Below are positions 18,424 through 27,491 of a DNA stretch of 52,799 bases, piece after piece (the stretch's first letter is position 1; every line of letters starts with the position of its first letter). The position numbers were made by a program, and so were the translations under genes. The notes under the pieces are model-generated. The model was not told the DNA's origin and searched no databases. It saw only the letters and a program-made list of their open reading frames with translations. The DNA comes from a virus. Lineage: Duplodnaviria > Caudoviricetes. The DNA is taken from positions 1 to 52,799 of IMG/VR virus record IMGVR_UViG_3300019889_000237; one strand, 5' to 3'.

Positions 18424-18522
18424 GGCTCCAGAGTAGCGCACATCCGGTGTATGGTGGTAGCGTAGGAGAGGCCAAGTGCACCGCACATGGCACCGCGAAC
18501 TCGATACGAGGAGAGACGAGCG

Positions 18523-19005
18523 ATGACTCTGACCAAGGCACTGCCCGGTGGCGACACCGACTGGGATGAGATCAAGAAGGCCCTGATCGGCCTGGCCAAG
18601 AAGGAGACCAAGGTCGTGTTCCGCACGTCCGAGCTGCACGACGAGGTCGAGTTGGCCAACGGCAAGGTCCAGCCGGTGACCGCGTGCATGGTCGTGTGCT
18701 CCGGCCCGCACAAGGGCAAGGTGCTGCGCGACTTCCGGCACCAGGGCCGGGGCGTCACCGGCCCGCTGCGTCGGGCCTGGGCGAACGGTGACAAGGAGGT
18801 GGCCTCCCGGTTGGAGGCCAAGCGCACCGGCACCACGGACTGGGTCGCCGCCCAGACGCCGAACGATGACGACTTCGAGCTGATCGAGGCCTTCTACGGC
18901 GACGGCACGAAGGCCTGGAAGGGCCCCGACCTGGTCGAGTCCGAGGGCGCCCCGGCGACCAACGGGCTGGCCAAGGCGGACGACGACGGCCCGCCCCCGT
19001 TCTGA
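18523..19005 (+). CDS. Putative ssDNA-binding / recombination protein
   Basis: Acidic tail ending DDDGPPPF; upstream of exonuclease; RBS GAGGAG. Confidence 0.55.
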   Translation: MTLTKALPGGDTDWDEIKKALIGLAKKETKVVFRTSELHDEVELANGKVQPVTACMVVCSGPHKGKVLRDFRHQGRGVTGPLRRAWANGDKEVASRLEAKRTGTTDWVAAQTPNDDDFELIEAFYGDGTKAWKGPDLVESEGAPATNGLAKADDDGPPPF

Positions 19006-19127
19006 GCGTGAACGACTGCCCCGGGCGCGCTCCCTGCGTCCGGGGCCTCGGGCCCGGCCGGTGCCGAGGTCCACGGGTCCGACTCCCGTGGGGTCCACGC
19101 AACGATCATTGACACGAGGAGACGACC

Positions 19128-19337
19128 ATGAGCGAGACGCCGATGAGCGAACGAGGTGAGGCCACGTCCCACGAGTGGGGTGTGGCCTACGAGCTGGACG
19201 AGAACGGCCGCCCGATCTGGCCGGTCGAGCTGTCCGATGACGAGCAGGATGCCCGTTCATGGGCCCAGGCCAGTGGCGACCCGGACGCGAAGGTCGTTCG
19301 CCGCACGGTCACCTGCGGCGCATGGACGGTGGCTTGA
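19128..19337 (+). CDS. Hypothetical protein
   Basis: RBS GAGGAG; EWGV...KVVRRTVTCGAW. Confidence 0.65.
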   Translation: MSETPMSERGEATSHEWGVAYELDENGRPIWPVELSDDEQDARSWAQASGDPDAKVVRRTVTCGAWTVA

Positions 19338-19338
19338 C

Positions 19339-20499
19339 ATGGCCCTCGTCCGCGCCGACCAGACGCCCTCGAACCCGGTCAAGGCCCCGACCGCCGACGT
19401 GCCCAACTCGATCTTTAGGGATCAGTGGAAGAGACCGCTCGTGGTAACTCCCAGCGGGTCAGTGGAGGCCTACACCCGGGCATCGACTATCGGGTCGGTC
19501 CTGGAGGACCAGAACGGGATCGGCATCTGGAAGATGCGCCAGGTCGCGTGGGCGCTCGGGCACTCCCGCCCGCTGCGACTGCGCGCCGCCTCGATCCCGG
19601 ACACCGCGAGTTCGGAGTCCAAGTCTCTGCTCAAGGAGATCACCAACGACGCGTTGGACTTCGCGGACTCCCGGGCGGCAGCCGACGTCGGCACCGCGCT
19701 GCACGCGCTCACCGAGCGGGTCGACCTCGGCCGGCCGATCCCGGACCTGGAGGACGACCAGGCCGCGATCGACGCCTACATCGAGGCGACCCGGGGCAAG
19801 TTCGTCTTCCACGGCACCGAACAGTTCGTGGTGTGCGACCAGTTCCAGGTCGCCGGCACGTTCGACCGGATCGCGGCCCCGCTCGGCGACATGACCACCC
19901 AGGACGGCACCCTGATCCCGGCCGGGTCCCGGCTGGTGTGGGACCTCAAGACGTCCGGCTCGTCCAAGTTCTTCGGGATCAAGTTCGCCGCCCAGCTGGC
20001 CGCCTACGCCAACGGCGTGCGCTACCGGGGCTGGAACACCATCGGCGACGACGTCGACCCGCGCACCCTGTCGCCGGCCGAGAAGCTCGCCGCCTCGCGC
20101 GGCGAGCGACTGGAGTGGCCGGACGGGATCGCCCCGCGCACCGACTGGGCGCTGATCCTGCACGTCCCCCAGGGCGGGCCGGAGCGCAAGGGCGACCCGC
20201 CCGCGCAGCTGTATTGGGTGGACCTGACCCGCGGCCTGGAACTACTGGCGCTGGCCACCCTGATCCAGGGCTGGCGGGCCCGCAAGGACCTGGTCGTGAA
20301 GGCCGACCCGCCGCGGGTGCCGATGGCCGAGGGCCTGTCGGGGGCCGGGCTCTCCTCGCTGATCGCCGCCGTGCCGGCCGGGCCGGACATGCGCGCACAG
20401 CTTCTCCGCCTGTTCGATCAGCACACATCCACCTGGACGGACCTGCACACACATGAGGCCAAGCGGCGCCTGAACGCGCCACGGCTGGGGCGGGCATGA
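19339..20499 (+). CDS. Cas4-like PD-(D/E)XK exonuclease
   Basis: YTRAST, GTALHALTE, EQFVV, AGTFDRI, WDLKT, QLAAYA motifs. Confidence 0.82.
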   Translation: MALVRADQTPSNPVKAPTADVPNSIFRDQWKRPLVVTPSGSVEAYTRASTIGSVLEDQNGIGIWKMRQVAWALGHSRPLRLRAASIPDTASSESKSLLKEITNDALDFADSRAAADVGTALHALTERVDLGRPIPDLEDDQAAIDAYIEATRGKFVFHGTEQFVVCDQFQVAGTFDRIAAPLGDMTTQDGTLIPAGSRLVWDLKTSGSSKFFGIKFAAQLAAYANGVRYRGWNTIGDDVDPRTLSPAEKLAASRGERLEWPDGIAPRTDWALILHVPQGGPERKGDPPAQLYWVDLTRGLELLALATLIQGWRARKDLVVKADPPRVPMAEGLSGAGLSSLIAAVPAGPDMRAQLLRLFDQHTSTWTDLHTHEAKRRLNAPRLGRA

Positions 20500-22256
20500 A
20501 CCGCTCCGTCGACCTGCGCTTCGGCGACTGCCTGGCCGTCCTGCGCGAGCTCTCCGACGAGTCCGTGCACGCGGTCATCTGCGACCCGCCTTACGGCCTG
20601 GCCGACGTGCGCCCCGAGCGGGTCGTCACCGCGCTGACCGCGTGGGCGAACGGCGACCGCGACCACGTCCCGGACGGCAAGGGATTCATGGGCCGGGAGT
20701 GGGACGCGTTCGTTCCCCCGCCCGCTGTGTGGGACGAGTGCTTGCGCGTGCTCAAGCCGGGCGGGCACCTGCTCGCGTTCGCCGGCTCCCGCACCGCCGA
20801 CCTGATGGGCCTGTCCGTGCGCATGGCCGGGTTCGAGATCCGGGACACGATCATGTGGGTCTACGGCTCGGGATTTCCGAAGGGGCAGAACGTCGGCAAG
20901 GCCGCCAAGGTCGCAGAGCTGGAGGGGTGGAACACCGCGCTCAAGCCGGCCCAGGAGCCGATCATCGTCGCCCGGAAGCCGCTCGCGGGCACGGTCGCGG
21001 CCAACGTACTAGCATGGGGCTGTGGCGCTATCAACATCAACGCAACCCGGGTCGGCCCGAACGGCGGCAGCCGCGAAAGCCTCGGCCGAGAAGCGGCGCC
21101 GCGAGGGTGTCGTGTTCATGCCGTGCGCGATGTGCGGCAAGGAGATGCGCCGCTGGCGTTCGCAGGTGCAGCGAGCGAAGTTGCCGATGACCTGCAGTCA
21201 GAAGTGCAGGGGCGACCAGCTGCGCGGGCAACGGAACCCGCGGTGGGGCGGCGGCGCCTGGACGGAGAGTCGGTCGGGCTACCGGAAGCTGGCAGTCCGC
21301 CACCTGTCGGCCAAGGACCTGTCGCTGATCCCGGAACCACATCCGCGCGAGGTGTTCGAGCACCGCATGGTGATGGCGAGGAAGGTCGGTCGGCCGCTCC
21401 TGCCGACGGAGATGGTCCATCACATCAACGGGGACAAGGCGGACAACCGTCCGGAGAACCTGCACTTGACGGACTGGGAGGGGCACTCCCGGGAGCATCG
21501 GCTGATCGAGCGCGAGCTGACGATGTTGCGCTGGCAGAACATGGTCCTGGCGACTGCACTTGCGGCACTGATGCAGCGTCCGGAGTAGCGCCCGCCGGCC
21601 GCTGGCCCGCGAACGTCGTCCTCGTCCACGTCGACACCTGCGAGGACGGGGGCGCGTGCGGGGACTGCCCGGTCGCCGAGCTGGACCGGCAGAGTGGGAT
21701 CACGAAGACCGGCGACAAGCCGTTCAACCGGAACACCGCGCTCGGCGTGATGAACGACGACGCGTGGACTGCGCAGCACCAGACCGCCCAGCGTCATCCC
21801 GGCGAGGGCGGCGCGTCCCGGTTCTTCCCGACCTTCCGCTACCAGGCCAAGGCTCCGGCCGCCGAGCGCCCGAAGATCGACGGCAAGGGCTGGCCCACCG
21901 TCAAGCCGCAGGGCCTTATGCGGTGGCTGGTCCGGCTCGTCACCCCGCCCGGCGGGCTGGTGCTGGACCCGTTCGCCGGGACCGGCTCGACACTGCAGGC
22001 CGCCCGCGATGAGGGGTTCGACGCGATCGGGATCGAGCGGGATGCGTTCGCGTACCAGCTCGCATGCCAGCGGCTCGGGCTGACCGAGCTCGTGCTCGTC
22101 GAGCCCGAGCCCGTCGACCCGATCCTGACCTCGATCAGCGCGGCGGCCACGTACGACGACCTGGTAGCGCTCTGGCGTGAACATCAGGACGGGTGGTCGG
22201 ACGTGCACAGCGCGGCGGCCAAGGACCGTCGAGCGGCGATCGATGTGGTGGCATGA
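20496..22256 (+). CDS. Amino (N6/N4) DNA methyltransferase, beta-class motif order, with long internal insert
   Basis: [52 protein letters not shown]. Confidence 0.9.
   Translation: MNRSVDLRFGDCLAVLRELSDESVHAVICDPPYGLADVRPERVVTALTAWANGDRDHVPDGKGFMGREWDAFVPPPAVWDECLRVLKPGGHLLAFAGSRTADLMGLSVRMAGFEIRDTIMWVYGSGFPKGQNVGKAAKVAELEGWNTALKPAQEPIIVARKPLAGTVAANVLAWGCGAININATRVGPNGGSRESLGREAAPRGCRVHAVRDVRQGDAPLAFAGAASEVADDLQSEVQGRPAARATEPAVGRRRLDGESVGLPEAGSPPPVGQGPVADPGTTSARGVRAPHGDGEEGRSAAPADGDGPSHQRGQGGQPSGEPALDGLGGALPGASADRARADDVALAEHGPGDCTCGTDAASGVAPAGRWPANVVLVHVDTCEDGGACGDCPVAELDRQSGITKTGDKPFNRNTALGVMNDDAWTAQHQTAQRHPGEGGASRFFPTFRYQAKAPAAERPKIDGKGWPTVKPQGLMRWLVRLVTPPGGLVLDPFAGTGSTLQAARDEGFDAIGIERDAFAYQLACQRLGLTELVLVEPEPVDPILTSISAAATYDDLVALWREHQDGWSDVHSAAAKDRRAAIDVVA
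21022..21588 (+). CDS. HNH endonuclease nested in the +1 frame of the methyltransferase (start GTG 21022 or ATG 21118)
   Basis: CAMCGK...TCSQKC, NPRWGGG, EHRMVM..KVGRPL...[16 protein letters not shown]. Confidence 0.85.
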   Translation: MALSTSTQPGSARTAAAAKASAEKRRREGVVFMPCAMCGKEMRRWRSQVQRAKLPMTCSQKCRGDQLRGQRNPRWGGGAWTESRSGYRKLAVRHLSAKDLSLIPEPHPREVFEHRMVMARKVGRPLLPTEMVHHINGDKADNRPENLHLTDWEGHSREHRLIERELTMLRWQNMVLATALAALMQRPE

Positions 22257-22624
22257 CCCGCCGTCCGGTCAAAGGCCTGGCCCCCCGGCTGGCCGTCGAG
22301 CCCGCCCCACGTCCGCCCGGCCCGACCGAGATCCTCGGCCCGGACGGGCGGGTGTGGCTGCGGCACGCCGACGGCCTCTACTACGACGAGGAGCAGACCG
22401 AGGTATTCAGTCAGGGCGCGTTGCGCGACCTGATCGCGCGGGCCGCCGAGCGGCTGGCGATCGCGAACGCGCGCACCCCGGACCCGGTGCTGAACGCGAT
22501 CGTGACCGCCCGGACCGTCGACGAGCTGCGCGACATCTGGCCGCGAACGACGACGCGCGAGCAGCGTGCCGCCATCCTCGGCCGCCGGGCCGCGCTCGAG
22601 CTACCACCGAAGGGGGACCGATGA
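22253..22624 (+). CDS. Hypothetical protein with shared C-terminal helical module
   Basis: ATGA overlap with MTase; DPVLNAIVTARTVDELRDIW. Confidence 0.65.
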   Translation: MTRRPVKGLAPRLAVEPAPRPPGPTEILGPDGRVWLRHADGLYYDEEQTEVFSQGALRDLIARAAERLAIANARTPDPVLNAIVTARTVDELRDIWPRTTTREQRAAILGRRAALELPPKGDR

Positions 22625-22923
22625 CCACCGCGACCCGGGCGCCGCAGGTGTGGCGCGGCTACGACGCGCTGGCGCAGGCCGACGAGCCGATCGGCAGCCA
22701 CTACTCGCCCAACGCGCTGCGCACCCTGCGCCGGCTCGCGCCGGCGTCGTCCACTGTCGCCGCGCTGGTCCGGACCGACGGCCGCCGAACCGTCAAGGTT
22801 CAGGCCACCGTGCGCCGGTTGTACCGCCTGGACCTCGTCCAGATCACCGGCGACGGCCGGTGGGAGCTGTCCGAGCACGGGCGCGAGCTGGTCGCGCTCA
22901 TTGACCGGGAGGGGATCTCGTGA
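22621..22923 (+). CDS. Putative winged-helix protein
   Basis: ATVRRLYRLDLV...GRWELSEHGRE. Confidence 0.55.
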   Translation: MTTATRAPQVWRGYDALAQADEPIGSHYSPNALRTLRRLAPASSTVAALVRTDGRRTVKVQATVRRLYRLDLVQITGDGRWELSEHGRELVALIDREGIS

Positions 22924-23375
22924 AGGTCTGCGTCGACTGCGAGGCGCTGCCGGCCGGTGAACGACCGACCAAGCCCCGGCCGACCGACGGCGCCCCGCGC
23001 CGGCCCCGTTGCGCCACCCACGCCCGGGCCGAGCGGAAGCGCGCCAAGGCCGCCCGGCACGCCACCTACGTGACCAAGACCTACGGCCTGAGCCCCGAGT
23101 TCCAGCGCGCGCTCTGGGAGTTCCAGGGCGGCGCGTGCCCGTGCGGCCGGCAGCCGAGCCGGTTCCCGGACACCGACCACGATCACCGGCTCGCCCGCGG
23201 GCACGACCACCCGGTCGAGCAGGCGTGTCCGGAGTGCGTGCGCGGGCTGTGCTGCCGGGCCTGCAACACCTACGTGCTCGGCCGCTACAGCGCCGCGCAG
23301 CTGCGCGCGCTGGCCCGCTATATCGAGAACCCGCCCGCCCAGGAACTGCTCATCGGAATGGACGTGTCGGCGTGA
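22920..23375 (+). CDS. Endonuclease VII-like protein
   Basis: TYGLS...QGGACPC...DHDH...VRGLCCRACN. Confidence 0.85.
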   Translation: MKVCVDCEALPAGERPTKPRPTDGAPRRPRCATHARAERKRAKAARHATYVTKTYGLSPEFQRALWEFQGGACPCGRQPSRFPDTDHDHRLARGHDHPVEQACPECVRGLCCRACNTYVLGRYSAAQLRALARYIENPPAQELLIGMDVSA

Positions 23376-23551
23376 ACGCATGGCTCAGGCTCTGCTCGGG
23401 CGGCGACTGCCCCGAGGTGCGACGCAACGGGGAGTGGATCGAAGTGCGCGACAGTGCCCGGCCGACCGAGGTCGCCCGGTTCACGCCGGCACAGTTCGCC
23501 GAGATGGTCACCGCCGTCGAGGACGGAGCGGTGGACCATCTGCTAGCCTGA
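23372..23551 (+). CDS. DUF397-like protein
   Basis: CSGGDCPEV...VRDSA...FTPAQF. Confidence 0.7.
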   Translation: MNAWLRLCSGGDCPEVRRNGEWIEVRDSARPTEVARFTPAQFAEMVTAVEDGAVDHLLA

Positions 23552-23573
23552 CCGCCGCTGGCAATGCGCACGA

Positions 23574-23610
23574 GAGAGCCCCTCCCCCTGGACCTTGGGG
23601 AGGGGCTCTC
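23574..23610. terminator. Stem-loop between convergent genes
   Basis: GAGAGCCCCTCCCC / GGGGAGGGGCTCTC 14-bp stem. Confidence 0.75.
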
Positions 23611-23615
23611 GTTCG

Positions 23616-23810
23616 TTACGCGACCGCCTCGTCCCGCCAGGCGCCCGGCAGCAAGACCGAGATCACCCACCCGGGCACCGGCGCGGCGACAAACCCGGAC
23701 CGGCGCGCCCGGGCGAGCGACGCCCGGTGCGCGGCCCGGATCTCGGCGGCCGTGCGGGGCACTGGGCTGGTGCACCGGCACTGGTCCAGTGCAGCTCCGC
23801 ACGGGTTCAC
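23616..23810 (-). CDS. Hypothetical protein
   Basis: GTGA overlap with upstream gene. Confidence 0.5.
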   Translation of the reverse strand: MNPCGAALDQCRCTSPVPRTAAEIRAAHRASLARARRSGFVAAPVPGWVISVLLPGAWRDEAVA

Positions 23811-24037
23811 GGACTCACCTTCCGTTCGGCCTTGCGGTAGGACTCCAACTCGGTCTCGGCCGCCTCGGCACGGATCAGGGCCTGGTCGCGCTCGTGGCGG
23901 ACGTGCTCGACGGTCGCCGCCAGTGCTCGGATCCATCGCGCGGTCATGTCGTTCTGCGGCTGTTCGGTGCCCGCTGCATAGACGAGGGCCGTGCGGATGT
24001 CGTCGGCGGTCAGGAATGGTGCGTTGAACGTGCTCAC
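23807..24037 (-). CDS. Hypothetical coiled-coil protein
   Basis: GTGA overlaps at both ends. Confidence 0.6.
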   Translation of the reverse strand: MSTFNAPFLTADDIRTALVYAAGTEQPQNDMTARWIRALAATVEHVRHERDQALIRAEAAETELESYRKAERKVSP

Positions 24038-24240
24038 GACGTCACCGCCGGGCCCAGGCCGAGCACGAACCGGCCGGAGGCGGCGTAGGTCATGGCCGCG
24101 CCGCCCAGGCCGGGGGTGGCGGCCAGCCGGACGGCCCGCTGACGCATCGCGCGCAGCTCGACCAGCTCGGTCTCCAGGGCGGCCACGTCCGCCTCCCACT
24201 CGTAGGTCGGCTCCGCTACTAGCACGGGTGCAGTGTCCAT
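24034..24240 (-). CDS. Hypothetical protein
   Basis: Preceded by GAGAGGACACGAGGACC start motif. Confidence 0.65.
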   Translation of the reverse strand: MDTAPVLVAEPTYEWEADVAALETELVELRAMRQRAVRLAATPGLGGAAMTYAASGRFVLGLGPAVTS

Positions 24241-24258
24241 GGTCCTCGTGTCCTCTCG

Positions 24259-24288
24259 TTGACAGGGCGTCCCTGTCCGGTGTACCTT
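24259..24288 (+). promoter_or_regulatory. Housekeeping-sigma-type promoter with TGTCCGGTG box
   Basis: TTGACA-18-TACCTT. Confidence 0.65.
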
Positions 24289-24334
24289 ACAGGAGACACG
24301 TACGGATGGCAACGCCTGAGACGAGGGAGAGGCC

Positions 24335-24496
24335 ATGCTCGGTCGCGAGTGGAGTACCACGGTCCGCCGCTGGCGCTGCCTTCGCCGCGAGGCGCTGTAC
24401 TGGCGATGGGTCGGGCGGATGGTCGCGGCCCGGCGACGCGTGGGCGTCGTCCCGGTCGACTGGCACGCCGCGACCGACTGCCGGTGTGGCCGATAA
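24335..24496 (+). CDS. Small Arg/Trp-rich protein
   Basis: RBS GGGAGAGG; stop lies in 30-bp repeat copy 1. Confidence 0.5.
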   Translation: MLGREWSTTVRRWRCLRREALYWRWVGRMVAARRRVGVVPVDWHAATDCRCGR

Positions 24497-24978
24497 CGCC
24501 TCTGACCTGAGGCGTTGGTAGTACTCATCAGAGGAGACCAGATGCAGAACGTGAACGACCTCATGGCCGAGGAGCTGACGGCGCTCGGGCTGGCCGTCGA
24601 CCAGCTCGACGCGACCAGTCAGGCGGCCGTCTCGGCAATCGCGCCGGTGCTCGACGCGGCGATCGCACCCCTCGCAGACAACCCAGAGGCGCTACGAGTC
24701 GTTGCCGCGGCGCTGCGCTCCTACGCGCGGGTCGCCGAGGTCGCCGAGCTGGTTGGCACGGTTCTCTGGAGCGCAGCCGAGCACGTCCAGGCTGACCGCA
24801 ATGAGCTGGAGGACCTGCGGCGGTACAAGCGCGAGCACTTCGGTCTGACGTGCCGGCGGGGCCACCACACCCGGAACGCTGATCTCGTCGGTCACCCGGA
24901 CGACGAGGACTGGCAGTGCTCGCACTGCGTCCGTCTGGCCGCGGCTGACCGATAACGCCTCTGACCTGAGGCGTTGGT
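24490..24978. repeat. Exact 30-bp palindromic direct repeat (24490-24519, 24949-24978)
   Basis: CCGATAACGCCTCTGACCTGAGGCGTTGGT twice. Confidence 0.9.
24542..24955 (+). CDS. Hypothetical protein with C-terminal Cys/His finger
   Basis: RBS GAGGAG; CRRGHH...CSHC. Confidence 0.7.
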   Translation: MQNVNDLMAEELTALGLAVDQLDATSQAAVSAIAPVLDAAIAPLADNPEALRVVAAALRSYARVAEVAELVGTVLWSAAEHVQADRNELEDLRRYKREHFGLTCRRGHHTRNADLVGHPDDEDWQCSHCVRLAAADR

Positions 24979-24998
24979 TCGACGAGAGGTAGAAGAGC

Positions 24999-25424
24999 AT
25001 GAAAAGCACTCGGTACGTGGTCGTCGGGACGTCGCCGTTCAGCGACACGGCCGTCACCGTCGGCCCGCTCTCGCTCCGCGGCGCGACCGCGGCGGCTGGC
25101 GACATGACCCTGCTGGGCTACGTCACTGAGATCTGCCCGCTCCAGCAGGTTGCGGATTTGGAGGTGGTCGTCAACGACGAGGGCGCCGAGATCCGCACGA
25201 TCGACGACGTCGCGAAGGTGTGCGCGGCGGTAGACCTGACGGCAGACGAGGACGGCGTCACGTGGCGCGGCGACTACGACGACCCGTACGTGGCTGCGCT
25301 CGTCGAGGGCGGAGTCCTGGAGGTGGTTGAGGTCGAGTCCGGCGAGACGTCGACCGAGATCTACCCGGGCCAGCCGGCGTCACGTCTCATCGCCGCGATC
25401 CGGGCTGCCGCTGACCAGCGGTAA
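24999..25424 (+). CDS. Hypothetical acidic protein
   Basis: RBS GAGAGG; ORF track. Confidence 0.7.
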   Translation: MKSTRYVVVGTSPFSDTAVTVGPLSLRGATAAAGDMTLLGYVTEICPLQQVADLEVVVNDEGAEIRTIDDVAKVCAAVDLTADEDGVTWRGDYDDPYVAALVEGGVLEVVEVESGETSTEIYPGQPASRLIAAIRAAADQR

Positions 25425-25475
25425 GTCAACTTGGACAGTCTACTGACAAACGACCACGACGAGAGGACACGCACC

Positions 25476-25583
25476 ATGGCCAACACCCCCGAGTCCGACG
25501 ACGCACTGTTGGACGCCATCGCCGCCCAGGCCGCCCAGGACAAGCTCGACGCCCTGCTCGACGCCGTCAACCGGACGAAGTAG
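25476..25583 (+). CDS. Small hypothetical peptide
   Basis: GAGAGGACAC start motif; MANTPESDD. Confidence 0.55.
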   Translation: MANTPESDDALLDAIAAQAAQDKLDALLDAVNRTK

Positions 25584-25892
25584 ATGAAGGGCGTCCTGGT
25601 CGCGATCGGCATCGCGCTGGTCCTCGCGTTCGGCTTCGGCCGGGACGAGGACCAGCCGCCGGCGCCGGTGGCCGCCCCGGCGCCGCTCGCGGTCCCGCTG
25701 GCGGTCTCGGAGACCACGCCGCCGCCGGGCTGGACGCCGCCGGCCGCGCTGGCCATCGAGCAACAGCTCGGCGAGTTCCTGGCCGAGCTCGGCGTGGTCG
25801 CCCGCGGGCAGATCGTCGGCGCGGTGGCGCTGCTGGCGGTCCTCACCGCGCTGGTGGTCTCGCTCGAGCGCAGCCGGATGTCCGGTCAGTGA
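25584..25892 (+). CDS. Membrane protein
   Basis: N- and C-terminal hydrophobic segments, Pro-rich linker. Confidence 0.65.
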   Translation: MKGVLVAIGIALVLAFGFGRDEDQPPAPVAAPAPLAVPLAVSETTPPPGWTPPAALAIEQQLGEFLAELGVVARGQIVGAVALLAVLTALVVSLERSRMSGQ

Positions 25893-25984
25893 GCGTCCCG
25901 TGGTGGATGCTCCCGCGCTGGCTCGACCTCGAGCTGGTGCGCTACCTGGCCGCCTGCGAGACCGAGACGGGAGGAGGTGAGCAC

Positions 25985-26095
25985 ATGGCCAGGCAGGATC
26001 CGCGCACACAGCAGGAGAAGTTGCACGACCGCAACACAAAGCCAACCGGCGCCGGCAACCAGCGCGACGCCAAGCACCAGGGCGCGAAGAAGTAG
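25985..26095 (+). CDS. Small basic peptide
   Basis: Strong RBS GGAGGTG before MARQDPR. Confidence 0.5.
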   Translation: MARQDPRTQQEKLHDRNTKPTGAGNQRDAKHQGAKK

Positions 26096-26101
26096 GACCA
26101 C

Positions 26102-26132
26102 GAGGGGCCCCGGGTGCAGTCCGGGGCCCCTC
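26102..26132 (+). terminator. GC-rich stem-loop
   Basis: GAGGGGCCCCGG / CCGGGGCCCCTC. Confidence 0.7.
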
Positions 26133-26161
26133 TTGCGTGCCTTCGTTGTCCGGTGTACCCT
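26133..26161 (+). promoter_or_regulatory. Promoter with TGTCCGGTG box
   Basis: TTGCGT-17-TACCCT. Confidence 0.6.
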
Positions 26162-26193
26162 ACAGAGGACAGCGACGAGAGGAACCTGCGGAC

Positions 26194-26391
26194 ATGGACG
26201 AGAAGGACTTCACTCCCCGCCACCGGCGGATCCTGGAGCGGGCGCGCAACGAGGGCACCGTCAAGATCAGCCGCGTCTTTCGCACGCACGTCCAGGACCT
26301 CGTCGACGCCGACCTGGTCACCGTCACCCACGAGAAGTTCCGTGGCGCGGACGGCCGCGACTTTCCCGTTCTCGTCGTCACACCCCGCTGA
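26194..26391 (+). CDS. Hypothetical protein (winged-helix-like)
   Basis: Downstream of promoter and GAGAGG. Confidence 0.6.
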   Translation: MDEKDFTPRHRRILERARNEGTVKISRVFRTHVQDLVDADLVTVTHEKFRGADGRDFPVLVVTPR

Positions 26392-26403
26392 GAGGACGAG
26401 GAC

Positions 26404-26697
26404 ATGAGCCTCCCCAAGGGAGACCTGCTGAACACCGTCGAGGGCGTGACCGAGCGGATCTCGTTCGTGATCACGGCCAACGACCACGGCCGCCACCTGA
26501 AGCCCGGCGCCCGACGGCTGCGCGCCGCCGCCCTGGCCGACCTGCACGAGGTCCGGGCCCGGCTCTGGCGCGAGCTGGACCTGGCCACCATGACCAGCCC
26601 GGCCGGCCTGAGCACCCTGGCCTTCGCCGCGTCGCAGGCCGCCGAGCTGGACGACCGCTACGTGCGGTTCTGGCGTACCGAGGCGGGCGCCCGTTGA
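26404..26697 (+). CDS. Hypothetical protein
   Basis: GAGAGGACGAGGAC start motif. Confidence 0.65.
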   Translation: MSLPKGDLLNTVEGVTERISFVITANDHGRHLKPGARRLRAAALADLHEVRARLWRELDLATMTSPAGLSTLAFAASQAAELDDRYVRFWRTEAGAR

Positions 26698-26722
26698 CAC
26701 TATGTCCGGTGTCCCCTACACT
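26694..26722 (+). promoter_or_regulatory. Promoter with TGTCCGGTGT box
   Basis: TTGACA-17-TACACT. Confidence 0.75.
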
Positions 26723-26749
26723 GAACATAGACAACGAGAGGACATCGAG

Positions 26750-27121
26750 ATGATCGAGCTGGAGCGGGACGAGAGTCAGTGGCACATCCAGGTCTGGGCC
26801 GACAAGGACTTCTTCCACGTGATCGTGCAGGAGACCGAGGACACCTACCGATACGGCAGCGCCCCCGGCTGGTACGTCCGCGACAAGAACAGCGAACGCG
26901 GCCCCTTCGGCGACTTCGACCACGCGCTCACCGTCGCCAACCTGCACTGGGGCGAGGTCACGCTGGTCCCGGCCAACCGGCTGCGTCGCGACATCGAGAT
27001 CGGACGCACCGACGAGATCGGACACTTCCTGCTGGAGTATCTCGCCACCTACGGCTCCGTGGGTATCGACGTGCAGGAGCTGGCCTCGCAGGTGTTCGAT
27101 CGGATCGAGGAAGAGTGCTGA
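26750..27121 (+). CDS. Hypothetical acidic protein
   Basis: GAGAGGAC start motif. Confidence 0.65.
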   Translation: MIELERDESQWHIQVWADKDFFHVIVQETEDTYRYGSAPGWYVRDKNSERGPFGDFDHALTVANLHWGEVTLVPANRLRRDIEIGRTDEIGHFLLEYLATYGSVGIDVQELASQVFDRIEEEC

Positions 27122-27300
27122 TGAGGTTCCACCTGCGCAAGACGCTGCGGCTCGGTCCGGTGCGCGTGCACCTGACCGAGCGCGGCTTCTCCTCCTGGGG
27201 ACTGAAGGTCGGCCGCTGGACGTGGAACTCGCGCACCGGCCGGCACACGATCAACACGCCCGGACCGGGCAGCTTCAAGACGAAGGGGCGTCGACGATGA
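27121..27300 (+). CDS. DUF4236-like small basic protein
   Basis: RKTLRLGPVRVHLTERGFSSWGLKVGRWTWNSR...PGPG. Confidence 0.65.
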   Translation: MRFHLRKTLRLGPVRVHLTERGFSSWGLKVGRWTWNSRTGRHTINTPGPGSFKTKGRRR

Positions 27301-27491
27301 GCGAGCTCGAGCAGCTCCGTGCCCGCCGGCTCGCGACCGCGGTCATCGAGCGCTGCGACGTCTGCGGCGAGGACGGCCGGCACGACGTCGGGTGTCCGGA
27401 GTGGGTGTGCCTGCACGGCGTCAAGGGTTCTTGCGCATATTGCAAGGACCTCGTCCCGGCCGACGACGGACCGGACGAGCCGACCCCTTGA
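27297..27491 (+). CDS. Small Cys-rich protein
   Basis: CDVC...HDVGC...CLHG...CAYC. Confidence 0.6.
   Translation: MSELEQLRARRLATAVIERCDVCGEDGRHDVGCPEWVCLHGVKGSCAYCKDLVPADDGPDEPTP

Noticed and set aside
19006-19127. Possible tRNA or ncRNA in a GC-rich intergenic gap
   Set aside because: Only short stems; no cloverleaf, T-loop or CCA recognised
19339-20499. Cas4-like gene as a sign of CRISPR-Cas
   Set aside because: No array or other cas genes; solo Cas4-like exonucleases are common in phages
21058-21597. Intein or group I intron in the methyltransferase
   Set aside because: No intein terminal residues (Cys/Ser start, His-Asn end) and no flanking non-coding room for an intron core; the HNH is in another frame
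24490-24978. Mini-CRISPR array from the 30-bp palindromic repeats
   Set aside because: Only two copies, and the 429-bp interval holds a complete gene
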